Assembly (NCBI GenBank): GCA_034667725.1
Contig: JAXDQS010000010.1
Span: 320,001 to 384,000 of the forward strand
DNA: 64,000 nt
Direction: 5' to 3'
From: Thermoplasmata archaeon
GTDB lineage: Archaea; Thermoplasmatota; E2; JACPAO01; JAHFTW01
The notes under the pieces are model-generated. The model was not told the DNA's origin and did not search any database. It saw nothing but the letters and a program-made list of their open reading frames with translations. Below are positions 38,386-47,121 of the stretch, piece by piece. How positions within the stretch are numbered: the stretch's first letter is position 1; each line of letters starts with the position of its first letter. Made by a program: the position numbers and the translations under genes.

Positions 38386-38951
38386 GGCTCCGGCAACTCC
38401 GCCGGCCGCAGCGCCTCGAGGTCCGTGCCCACCTCGGCGCACAGCTCGTCATGCAGGCGGCGAATCTTGAGCCAGGCGTGCGGGAGCCCCTTCGCCTGGT
38501 ACTTGGTCTCCAGTTGCGCGAGGGTCAGCCGGCGGTCGCCGCTGTGGAGGTTGTCGGCGTGCGCCACGATGCGCTCCTCCAGGCTGCGCGGCGTGTAGTC
38601 GCCGTCGGGCAGGCCCAGCTGCTTGGCCTCGGCGCGGTCGATGCCGGCGCCGGTATGCCGCTCGACGGCGAGCACGGTGCGCGGGTCCCATTGGCCGTCG
38701 GCGCGCAGCAGGCCGGCGCCGACGGTGGCGTGGTGGATGCCTTGGGTGACGCTGCGGCCGATGTCGTGCAGCAGCGCGCCGGCCTGGACGACGTCGCGCT
38801 CGACCACGAGGCCGTTGCGCTCGGCGGCGTCGGCCATGGCGGCGGCCAGCGCCTCGACGGCGCGGCAGTGGGCCAGCACCCAGGGCGGCGGGGCCGCGGC
38901 CTGGAGGCGGCGCCAGGCCTCACTGCGCGATCTGGGGGAAGTGGGGCGCAA
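38382..38951 (-). CDS. HD-domain phosphohydrolase (archaeal)
   Basis: HC..V, LLHDIGR, H..VG, ERHTGAG, P.SLEERIVAHADN. Confidence 0.88.
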   Translation of the reverse strand: MRPTSPRSRSEAWRRLQAAAPPPWVLAHCRAVEALAAAMADAAERNGLVVERDVVQAGALLHDIGRSVTQGIHHATVGAGLLRADGQWDPRTVLAVERHTGAGIDRAEAKQLGLPDGDYTPRSLEERIVAHADNLHSGDRRLTLAQLETKYQAKGLPHAWLKIRRLHDELCAEVGTDLEALRPAELPEP

Positions 38952-39459
38952 GCTCCTCGATGCGCTCCTGGAGGGCCTGCTTGAGCTGGTTGGTGCGGAC
39001 GGCCTCCATCGGCTCGTTGCAGGCGGGGCAGATGAACTGGAGGTCGATGGCGTCCTCGAACAGGATGCGCCGGTGCTGCGACTTGCAGGCGTAGAACTGG
39101 TGGTCCTCCTCGAACTTGAGCTGCTTGCGGAGGTTCAGCAGCTCGTCGGCCCAGCGGCGGCGCAGGATGAACTTGACCTCGTTGAGGTCCAGGTCCCACA
39201 GGAAGGTCTCCCAGCCCTTGGAGTCGGTGTCCTTGGCGTACTCGGCGACGTGCGCCTCCATCATGCGGTAGAGCACCTTGCGCACGGCGCTCGGCTTCTG
39301 CTCCTTGAAGTGGTCCACGATGTCCACGCCGGAGATGTGCGGGTGGTCTTGCAGGAAGTGGGCCAGGCTCATGCCCTCCTCGCCGACCTCCTCGCGGATG
39401 TAGGCCTGGATTTCAGGGTCTTCCAGGGTCGGTTCCCAGTCGTCGTCGCGAACGGTCAT
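38920..39459 (-). CDS. tfe: Transcription factor E (TFE alpha)
   Basis: Winged helix VRKVLY..., GW..F.W, Zn ribbon C...H / CPAC. Confidence 0.88.
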   Translation of the reverse strand: MTVRDDDWEPTLEDPEIQAYIREEVGEEGMSLAHFLQDHPHISGVDIVDHFKEQKPSAVRKVLYRMMEAHVAEYAKDTDSKGWETFLWDLDLNEVKFILRRRWADELLNLRKQLKFEEDHQFYACKSQHRRILFEDAIDLQFICPACNEPMEAVRTNQLKQALQERIEELAPHFPQIAQ

Positions 39460-39502
39460 CAGGTGCGGGCCCAGAAGCGCGCCGGGTCGGGATAACCGTT
39501 TC

Positions 39503-40066
39503 TCACTCCTCGGAGTCGTCGGGGGCCGCCATTGCCGCGCCATCCGCGGCAACCACCCGTTTGCCGTGGGCGGTGGGGACCACCCTGAGCTTGGCGCCGG
39601 GGAACGCGTCGTGCTCCCATGCCCCGCCGCGCAGCCGGTCGAGCAGGAGGGCCAAGGCCGCCACTTCGCTGTGCGGCTGCGACCCGACGGCGACGTTGGC
39701 GTCAGCCATCTGGTAGAGGTCGCCGGGCACCTTCTCGGCGCCGACGACCACCAGCACGTCGCGGCCGTCGGCCAGCACCCGGGGCGCGGCCTCCGACAAG
39801 GGCGTGCCGTACATCGTGAGGTGGACGACCTGGCCGCCGGCCTTCTGCCACGCCGCGACGGCGCCCTTCCAGCCGCCGCCCGACTCGCACGTGAAGCCGC
39901 CGCCGAAGCGGGCGGCCACGGCGTTGACGGTCTGCACGACGCCCATGTCCTCCTCCGCGATGCGGACGCGGGCGGCGCCCAGCGCGCGGGCGGTGAGGGC
40001 GACGTGGGTGGTGATGCGCTTGTCGCGGGCGGGGCGGTGGCCGAGCCGGAGCACCTCGACCCTCAT
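39503..40066 (-). CDS. trm56: tRNA (cytidine(56)-2'-O)-methyltransferase aTrm56
   Basis: LRLGHRPARDKRITTHVALTARA, HLTMYG, GAEKVP, QPHSEVAAL. Confidence 0.95.
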   Translation of the reverse strand: MRVEVLRLGHRPARDKRITTHVALTARALGAARVRIAEEDMGVVQTVNAVAARFGGGFTCESGGGWKGAVAAWQKAGGQVVHLTMYGTPLSEAAPRVLADGRDVLVVVGAEKVPGDLYQMADANVAVGSQPHSEVAALALLLDRLRGGAWEHDAFPGAKLRVVPTAHGKRVVAADGAAMAAPDDSEE

Positions 40067-40731
40067 GGCGCACCCAGGTGGACGGTGACCTCGAGGCGGT
40101 CGCCGTCCTTGCACGGCAGGGCGTCGCGCAGGCGGACGGGGGCGATGAGCTCCAGCGTCGTGGTGTAGTGGCTGCGGTGCGGCAGGATGGTGGCGCACGC
40201 CAATTCGCCGACCGTGGCAGGGTGGCAGGTGACGCCGCCGAAGGTGCGCCCCTCCGCCTGGAAGCCCTCGATGGTGTGGACCGGGTTCCTCCTGAGGTAT
40301 CGGAGCTTGTTGGCCTCTGCGCCGGACAATTCCAGGTTGAGGGTGCCGGGGTAGGGGACCCAGCCGAGGCGGGCCTCGAACTGGCTGACGTAGCCGGGGC
40401 GCGACAGGTAGTAGCGGCCCTCGCCGAGGCCGCCCTTGACGTGGCCGGCAAGCGTCACGCGGTCCTGCGCCTCGAACAGGCGACGGTAGACCAGATGCTC
40501 GGCGCGCAGCAGCTCGCGGCCGGGCTCGGTGATGCGGATGCGTTGGCGCCGGATGCCCATCTCGCGCGTCACGAGGCCGGCGTCGGTGAGCTCGATGAGG
40601 CGGCGGCTTGCCGTCTGCTGCGACAGCCCAAGGAGGGCCGCGAAGTCGCCGGAGGCGAGCTCGACGGCGTCGTCGAGGGCGCCCAGCAGGGCCAGCTGCT
40701 TGAGGGCCTCCACGTCGCTCGGCCGGGTCAC
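40063..40731 (-). CDS. ribK: CTP-dependent riboflavin kinase with N-terminal HTH (RbkR)
   Basis: SQQTASRRL HTH; GLGEGRYY, PYPGTLN, RTFG, LELIAP. Confidence 0.93.
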   Translation of the reverse strand: MTRPSDVEALKQLALLGALDDAVELASGDFAALLGLSQQTASRRLIELTDAGLVTREMGIRRQRIRITEPGRELLRAEHLVYRRLFEAQDRVTLAGHVKGGLGEGRYYLSRPGYVSQFEARLGWVPYPGTLNLELSGAEANKLRYLRRNPVHTIEGFQAEGRTFGGVTCHPATVGELACATILPHRSHYTTTLELIAPVRLRDALPCKDGDRLEVTVHLGAP

Positions 40732-40776
40732 GGGCGCGCGGACACGGGGCCTTCGCTTTGGCCTTTTGGCCGTCGC

Positions 40777-42732
40777 CTAGGCCTTGCGGCGCATCTTGGG
40801 CGCCATCTCGAGGGTCGGTTCCTGGGGCGTGAAGGTCGCAAGCAGCTGCTTGTAGAGCCCTTGCTCGGCGCCCTTGGTGGTGGCAGCAAGGCGCTGGACG
40901 ATGAGCTCGGGGGTGCTGCGCGCCATCTGGCCGATGCGCGGCATCCGGTCCACGACGAGGCGGTTGTGCGCGTCCAGGCCGGTGGCCTCGATGCCGTCCA
41001 GCCGCACCGGGGCGGTCGTGTGCCGCAGGACGTGCTGCGCCATGTGGCTCACGACGACGGCGAGGCTCGGGGAGTCCTGGAGGCGGTCGAGGAAGAAGCC
41101 CAGGATGCGGGCGGCGGCCTCCATCTCGGTGACCGACTCGACCTCGTCGGCCAGCACCAGGCGGCGCTCGTGGCCGAGGGCAAGCGGCAGGAAGCTGCGC
41201 AGGAAGGTCTCGAAGGCGCCGGCGTCCAGGCTGCGGCGGGCCGTGATGTAGTGCAGCTCGTCGATCCATGGCACCTCGACGCCCGCGCCGACGACCGGCA
41301 GCCCGAGCCGCGCCATCAGCACCAGTTGGGCAAGGTGCTCCAGCAGCGTGGTCTTGCCGCCGGAGTTGGCGCCGGTGAGGATGGCGACCGTCTCGTCGCC
41401 GCCGATGTGGTAGGCGATGCGCTGCACCGGCTCGTCGCGCGGCCCCGCGAGGTCGAGGTGGACGGAGTCGCCGAACGCGAGGTGGGACCCGAACCGGGCC
41501 GGGTGCAGGTCGTAGTGGTGCGCGAAGCAGCCGAGGGCGAACCGGACCTCGAACTCCTGGTGCGCCGCCAGCTCCTTGCGGATGGGGTCCCGCAGGTCGT
41601 GGAGCGCCTTGGCGGCGCGGGCGAGGTCGTGGTGGCGGGCGGCGCGGCGCCGGAACGCCTGCGCGGCCTCGACCCGCCGCAGCTCCTCCTCGTCGATGGC
41701 GACGGGGTGGCCGCCGACGAACGGCTGGAACGCGACCCCGGTGCGTTCGCGCAGCAGGTCGCGGCCTTCCTGGAGGCAGGCGTCGACCGCGCGCTGGACG
41801 GGGGCCGGCAGCTTGCGGCCGAGGCTCGCCAGCAGGTCGGCGCCGGTGATGGTGACGGTGGCAAGGCGCTCCTTGAGGCGCGCGTCCAACTCGGCGCGCA
41901 CCGCCTCGACGGCGGGCCGCAGCGGCGCCTCGGACGGCGGCGGCGGGAGCTGCGCGAGCAAGGCCAAGGCCTGCGCGGCGGCGCCGGGCGCGCCCAGCAG
42001 CGCGGACAGCTCGGCGGTGGCCTCGATGGCGTCGCGGTTGGCCGTGAACCAGGCCAAGGTGGCCTCGGGGAACAGCTCGCAGGCGGTGGTGCCGGCCGGG
42101 ACCTCGACGAGGTTGGGCAGGTGGTCGAGGTCGGCGCCGTCGTCGGGCACGAACAGGGCGAGGTCGTAGCCGCCGGCGCGCTCCACGTCCTCCATGCCGC
42201 CAAGGCTGGCCCAGCGGCCGTAGCCCTGCTTGGCGAGGCGGTCGAGCAGCTGCGGGTCTTGGACCAGCACGACGCGGCCGGTCTCCATCCGGGGCGGCGG
42301 CGCCTGGGGCGGGCGCAGGCGGGCCAGGAGCGCGCGCACCCGCTTGCGGTCGAGCCGCGCCACCGTCGCCTTGTCGGCCATGACGGCCTGGGCGCTCCGC
42401 TCGGCGGCCGCCGCGTCCGGCAGCGGGCCCAGCAGGCGCAGGCGGTTGCGGCCCTGCGGGGTGGCCGCGAAGCCGCGCAGGCGCTCCAGCACCTCGTCGT
42501 GGACGCGGCGCGCGGGGGCAGTGGCCAGGAAGCCCTCCTCGTCGGCGATGCCGCGCAGGTGGCGCAGCAGCTCGATGGCGCGGCGCTCGGAGATGCCGGG
42601 CACGGCGGCGATGGCCTCGAGGTCGCAGCGCTCCAAGGCGAGCGCCAGCTGCGGCTCGCCCTTGAGATGGGTGAGGGCGGCCTGGGCCAGTTGCGGGCCG
42701 AGCCAGGCGACGGCCTCCTTGAGGTCCTTCAT
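40777..42732 (-). CDS. MutS2/MutS5-like ATPase with N-terminal HhH, no Smr domain
   Basis: VPGISERRA HhH; TGANSGGKTT Walker A; DAGAFE; LADEVE; VSHM; STPEL. Confidence 0.85.
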   Translation of the reverse strand: MKDLKEAVAWLGPQLAQAALTHLKGEPQLALALERCDLEAIAAVPGISERRAIELLRHLRGIADEEGFLATAPARRVHDEVLERLRGFAATPQGRNRLRLLGPLPDAAAAERSAQAVMADKATVARLDRKRVRALLARLRPPQAPPPRMETGRVVLVQDPQLLDRLAKQGYGRWASLGGMEDVERAGGYDLALFVPDDGADLDHLPNLVEVPAGTTACELFPEATLAWFTANRDAIEATAELSALLGAPGAAAQALALLAQLPPPPSEAPLRPAVEAVRAELDARLKERLATVTITGADLLASLGRKLPAPVQRAVDACLQEGRDLLRERTGVAFQPFVGGHPVAIDEEELRRVEAAQAFRRRAARHHDLARAAKALHDLRDPIRKELAAHQEFEVRFALGCFAHHYDLHPARFGSHLAFGDSVHLDLAGPRDEPVQRIAYHIGGDETVAILTGANSGGKTTLLEHLAQLVLMARLGLPVVGAGVEVPWIDELHYITARRSLDAGAFETFLRSFLPLALGHERRLVLADEVESVTEMEAAARILGFFLDRLQDSPSLAVVVSHMAQHVLRHTTAPVRLDGIEATGLDAHNRLVVDRMPRIGQMARSTPELIVQRLAATTKGAEQGLYKQLLATFTPQEPTLEMAPKMRRKA

Positions 42733-43247
42733 GCGGACATCTCCCACAAGGCGCGGTTGTCCGGGTCCTGGGCCTGGGTGCCGGTGCCGGGCTCGGCCAG
42801 GACGCGGCGGTCGGGGCGGAGGGCGTAGCCGTCGTCCATATGGTAGACCTGGAAGTATTGGCGGTGGAGCCATGCGCCGGTGCTCTTGCTCTTGCGCCGG
42901 TTGCCGCCGACCCAGCGCCAGATCTCGACGGAGTCGTAGAGCGGGTCCCACGGGACGACGGCGAGGTCGGCCTTCTTCTGGCCGATGCCCGAGTGGGCGG
43001 TGACCTGGATCCAGCGGGTGCGCTCGCCGCGCCGCTTGGCCACCAGGTCGATGCAGCCGAAGACGTCGTTGCTCTGGCTGACGAAGATGGGTCCCCGCTT
43101 GATGCCGGTGCGCACGCAGCGGTGGACGGTGTAGCCTTCGGCCTCCAGGAGCTTCAAGGCCGCCAGCTCGATCTGGGTGCCTTTCTTGGAGCGGTTGACC
43201 TTGCGCTTGGGGGCCGCGGCCGGCGGGGGCAAGGTGGGGTCGTCCAC
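42729..43247 (-). CDS. Hjc-like PD-(D/E)xK nuclease
   Basis: KGTQIE...L..EGY.V, DVFGCIDLVA, WIQVT; ATGA overlap with the MutS-like gene; start approximate. Confidence 0.65.
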   Translation of the reverse strand: MDDPTLPPPAAAPKRKVNRSKKGTQIELAALKLLEAEGYTVHRCVRTGIKRGPIFVSQSNDVFGCIDLVAKRRGERTRWIQVTAHSGIGQKKADLAVVPWDPLYDSVEIWRWVGGNRRKSKSTGAWLHRQYFQVYHMDDGYALRPDRRVLAEPGTGTQAQDPDNRALWEMSA

Positions 43248-43611
43248 GCCAAAGGGAGCCGGCTGGATGAGATGATGGGGCCGGAGAGGTGGGTGAATGC
43301 ACGCGACGCCGCGCCGGCCTCTGGCAGGGCCCTCATGGAGAACGCGGCAGGGTTGAAGCCCGGCCTGCGGATTCCGCGGCCCGCCCGCCTTCCAAGTGCT
43401 TATGTCCATCGAGGGACATACCTTCGATTGCGTGTTCCGCTTGAAACGGGTACTCGCGGCCCCCAGCGTGGGGCCAGGGCGCGCCGCCCCTGTTCGCGTG
43501 GCGCCGCCTGCACTCCGGCAACCGGGGGGACGACCTCTGGCAGACAAGCCCATCCCCCGCCGGCACCACCCCCTCCGCCTTCTTGCGCCAAGCATTCGAG
43601 AGGTCTGAACC

Positions 43612-44418
43612 ATGAAAGTCCGAGATGTGATGACCACCGTCCTGGTGACGGTGGAGAAGGATCGAAACCTGAAGGACGTGCTCCACACCATGCGCGAGCA
43701 CAACATCACGAAAATCCCCGTGGTCGAAGACGGCGAACTGGTCGGCATCGTGACCGACGGCAAGATCGCCGACAAGCTCGGCCGCATCCACAACAAGAGC
43801 GTCCAATTGACGACGATGCACGCCTCCTCCGTCATGGAGAAGGACTTCCTGCGCGCCCACCCGGACGAGGATCTCGCGGTCCTCTTGGCCGACGTCGGCA
43901 AGCCCGGCGTCACCATGGTGCCGGTCGTGCAAGGCCGCAAGCTCGTGGGCATCGTCACCAAGGCGGACCTGCTGCGCCTCGTCGAGGCCGACACGCCCGT
44001 CGAGGAGCTGATGCAGCGCGAGCTGAAGTCCGTCAGCCCGGACGAGCGCATCATCCACGCGCGCCGCCTGCTCTTGGACAACGACATCGCCCGCCTGCCC
44101 GTCCTGGAAGGCGGCCGGCTGCGCGGCATCATCGCCGAGCACGAGATCGCCGAGGCGTTCGCCGACCTCAAGACGGCCGACGCCCACGTCCAGCGGGTCA
44201 ACATCCGCGACCTGCAGGTCGGCCCTTTCATGCGGCGGCAGGTCGTGACGGCCAAGCCCGGCATGACCGCCCGCCAGGCCGCCCGGATGATGCTGGACCA
44301 GCACGTGGGAGCGCTGCCCGTGGTCGCCGAGAACGGCGTCATCCAAGGCATCGTCACCCGCACGGACCTGATCCGCACCTTCGCGCCGTCCGAGCGCGTG
44401 CCCGCGATGGCCGCCTGA
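43612..44418 (+). CDS. CBS-domain protein (four CBS motifs)
   Basis: KVRDVMT, IPVV..GIVT, LPVL..GII, LPVV..GIVTRTD; GAGAGG RBS. Confidence 0.92.
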   Translation: MKVRDVMTTVLVTVEKDRNLKDVLHTMREHNITKIPVVEDGELVGIVTDGKIADKLGRIHNKSVQLTTMHASSVMEKDFLRAHPDEDLAVLLADVGKPGVTMVPVVQGRKLVGIVTKADLLRLVEADTPVEELMQRELKSVSPDERIIHARRLLLDNDIARLPVLEGGRLRGIIAEHEIAEAFADLKTADAHVQRVNIRDLQVGPFMRRQVVTAKPGMTARQAARMMLDQHVGALPVVAENGVIQGIVTRTDLIRTFAPSERVPAMAA

Positions 44419-44479
44419 GCCGCGCCCGCGCGCCCCTTTTCCTTCCTCCTCCCTCTGTTCTGCCCGGCTGCCGCCCCCG

Positions 44480-44644
44480 TCAGCCCCGGCGCCGGATCAC
44501 GAGATGGTCGTCCTGGATGCGAATCTCCAGCTCGTCGCCGTGCCGGAACGGGAACTTCGAGTCGCGCACCAGCCGCTGGCTGATGTAAATCAAGGTTCGC
44601 GACGACTCGGATTGGTGCAGCCGGCCTTCGCCGACCAAGGTCAT
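44480..44644 (-). CDS. Small AbrB/MazE-like DNA-binding protein (54 aa)
   Basis: LIYISQRLVRDSKFPFRHGDELEIRIQDDHLVIR swapped-hairpin pattern. Confidence 0.65.
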   Translation of the reverse strand: MTLVGEGRLHQSESSRTLIYISQRLVRDSKFPFRHGDELEIRIQDDHLVIRRRG

Positions 44645-45038
44645 GGCCGAAGGACCGGGGCACGGTGGATGGCGTGCTTGGATCCAAGAATTGGCGCCAT
44701 TGGCTGGCGCCAATCCCGGGCGCGCCCGCGCCCCGTGCGCGCGGCGCCTCGCGCCACGCGGCCGTTGGGCCGGCCGCCGCCCGCGCCGGCGCGTGGCCGG
44801 CGGGTCGGCGGACGGCCGGCGTGCATCGCGATGCCGGCAGCGGCGCAGGGCCGCCCGGTCTCATCCATGCGCATCCAGCCATCATCCCCGCGGCAGCCAT
44901 CCCCCGGCCCGATTCCAGCCTTCGCGCCGGGTTGGTGAAAGGTCGGGGGCGGCGATCGGCGCCTGTTCCTGGGTCCAGGCAAGTGATGACGCCTGGCGGG
45001 CTTGTTCCCGCGGTGCTTCTCGCACCAGGACCAACCCC

Positions 45039-45614
45039 ATGTTGACCCAGACCCACCTGGCCGCGGCGCTGCTGCTGACGGCCCTCACCGCCACCGCCGC
45101 CCAAGCGGACCCCGCCGCTGACGCCACCCTCGAGTGCAGCTTCGCGACCCACGCCGACTACCTCGCGATGGACAGCAAGCTCGCCAAGTCCAAAGGCGGC
45201 GCCGTGCGGCTGACCGACGTCTGCGACGCCGTGAAGATCGACCTGCCGACGGCAAGCGACCCCTGTTCCGACTACGATGCCACGTACCGCGTGAGTTGGG
45301 CGTTCTACGTCGGCGGCCTGGCCCGCGACCCCATCGTGAACAGCGCCGTCTACTGGGCCACCGCCACGACTTCGGAGACCTGGACCAAGAGCGGCAGCTA
45401 CTGCGTGCTCACCTCCACCGAGTGCGACATCGAAGTGACGGACGGCAGCCGCTTCCACCACGAATGGTTCACCCACACCGGCTACGGCTCCCACGAGGTC
45501 ACGTGGGGCCAGTACAAGCAGCTCGCGCTCTCCGACGTCCGGGTGTCGTGCCGGACCCTCGAAGCCTCCGGCGCCGTGGCCCCCGGCGTCTACGTCTACG
45601 GGAGCAAGGAGTGA
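45039..45614 (+). CDS. Secreted Cys-containing hypothetical protein
   Basis: MLTQTHLAAALLLTALTATAAQA signal; 6 Cys. Confidence 0.72.
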   Translation: MLTQTHLAAALLLTALTATAAQADPAADATLECSFATHADYLAMDSKLAKSKGGAVRLTDVCDAVKIDLPTASDPCSDYDATYRVSWAFYVGGLARDPIVNSAVYWATATTSETWTKSGSYCVLTSTECDIEVTDGSRFHHEWFTHTGYGSHEVTWGQYKQLALSDVRVSCRTLEASGAVAPGVYVYGSKE

Positions 45615-45664
45615 TCCGCCTAGCCCGCCTCCTCCCCTCATCCCACCCCGTCGCGGTGACCCCG

Positions 45665-47083
45665 ATGCGCCCCCCTTCCATCCTCCCGATCCTGCTGCTC
45701 GCGGCCGCCCTTTCCGGCTGCGCGCAACCCTCCTCGCAAGACCTCGCGGCCCCGTTCGGCGAACTGCGCGACGGCGCCGTGTTCCACTACCGCGCCACTG
45801 GCTTCGACGTTCTTGACAACCCGTTCGACGCCGAGGTTGCCTACGCCATCGCCGCCCTGCCCGACGCCTTGCGCGCCGATGGCCGGATTGTCGAGGACGC
45901 ATACGGCTGGCAGGCCAGCGCCACCCTCGTGGGCCCGATGAGCCGCAACGAGAAGACGCCCGGCCTGCACCGCTTCGCGGCCGCCTGGGCCGAGCCGCTG
46001 AGCTTCTTCCCCGACGGGCCGCGGCTGGTCAGCCTGAACCCGCTCGTGTTCCCGGTCAAGCATGACTGGTTCGCCCGCCTGCCGGCGCCGCTCCCGGTCT
46101 CGGACACCCCGCTGCTGGCGTTCGAGCCCCTGCTGCACGGCTACGCCTTGGGCGAGTCGGTCTACGTCGGCGACCTGGAGCTGGCGTTCGGCGGCACCTT
46201 GGACCGGCCGACCTTGTGCTACCGCGACGCCGGCGAGGCCTTCCTGTGCGTCGAGGCCGAGGCCGACGGCGCCCCCCTGCCGCGCCGGGTCGCGGTGCGC
46301 GACCCGCGCGCAGGCGGGGACGCCTGGACGCTGGAGCGCACGGCGTGGACCCAAGGCGAAGGCGCGCCCATCCCGCTCGGCGCCGGCCGCGCGCCCAAGC
46401 ACAGCCTGCCCGCGGCGCGCGCGCCGATGGAGGAGGCCGCCTTCGGGCCGACCGTCGCGGTCGTGCCGCCCATCGGCCGAGTGCCGGACCTGAACTTCAC
46501 GCCGGCGCTGGCGGAGGCGCTGCGCAGCAAGGTGCTCTTCGACGGGCCCGCGCCGCGCACCTACCCTTCCGACTGGAGCTTCGACCTGGCCTACCGGCTC
46601 GTCGGGCCCGACGGCCGGGCGTACGACGCGACCGGGACGGTGGTCGGCAGTTGGCGGTTCCAGTTCCGCGACGGCAACGCCGACGAGGTCGTGTTCGACC
46701 GGATGGTCTACGAGCACGCGGCGGCCGGGACGCCGGTGATGGAGCCCGCCACGCCCGACACCTGGTGGCAGCACGGCGCCCTCACGGTGCCCGGCTACAC
46801 GGGGCCGGACGGCATGGAGGTCGTGCCGCTGTTCGACGCGCTTGTCCACTACGCGCCGGTGCTGGATGGCCCCGCCGAGGCCGTGGCGTGGCTCGACAAC
46901 GCGCCCTCGAACGAGGACGGGCCGACCTGGTGGGCCATCGCCTCGCACTGCCACGACGACCAGCCGCCGACCCGCCTCGTGCTGGACGCCCGCACCGGCG
47001 CCATCCGGCTGGCGTTCCGCGGCGTGCAGTGGAACGACCCCATCGGGTTCGACTGCGGCGACGGCGTGATGCCCATCCGGTAG
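45665..47083 (+). CDS. Hypothetical lipoprotein
   Basis: MRPPSILPILLLAAALSGC lipobox. Confidence 0.75.
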   Translation: MRPPSILPILLLAAALSGCAQPSSQDLAAPFGELRDGAVFHYRATGFDVLDNPFDAEVAYAIAALPDALRADGRIVEDAYGWQASATLVGPMSRNEKTPGLHRFAAAWAEPLSFFPDGPRLVSLNPLVFPVKHDWFARLPAPLPVSDTPLLAFEPLLHGYALGESVYVGDLELAFGGTLDRPTLCYRDAGEAFLCVEAEADGAPLPRRVAVRDPRAGGDAWTLERTAWTQGEGAPIPLGAGRAPKHSLPAARAPMEEAAFGPTVAVVPPIGRVPDLNFTPALAEALRSKVLFDGPAPRTYPSDWSFDLAYRLVGPDGRAYDATGTVVGSWRFQFRDGNADEVVFDRMVYEHAAAGTPVMEPATPDTWWQHGALTVPGYTGPDGMEVVPLFDALVHYAPVLDGPAEAVAWLDNAPSNEDGPTWWAIASHCHDDQPPTRLVLDARTGAIRLAFRGVQWNDPIGFDCGDGVMPIR

Positions 47084-47121
47084 GCCGAAGGCTTTTGACG
47101 GCGGCACGGCGCTGCAAGGCC

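Noticed and set aside
43250-43611. SRP RNA, RNase P RNA or C/D-box sRNA
   Set aside because: Conserved signature motifs not found by eye
44480-44644. Type II toxin-antitoxin pair
   Set aside because: No PIN, MazF or RelE partner ORF adjacent
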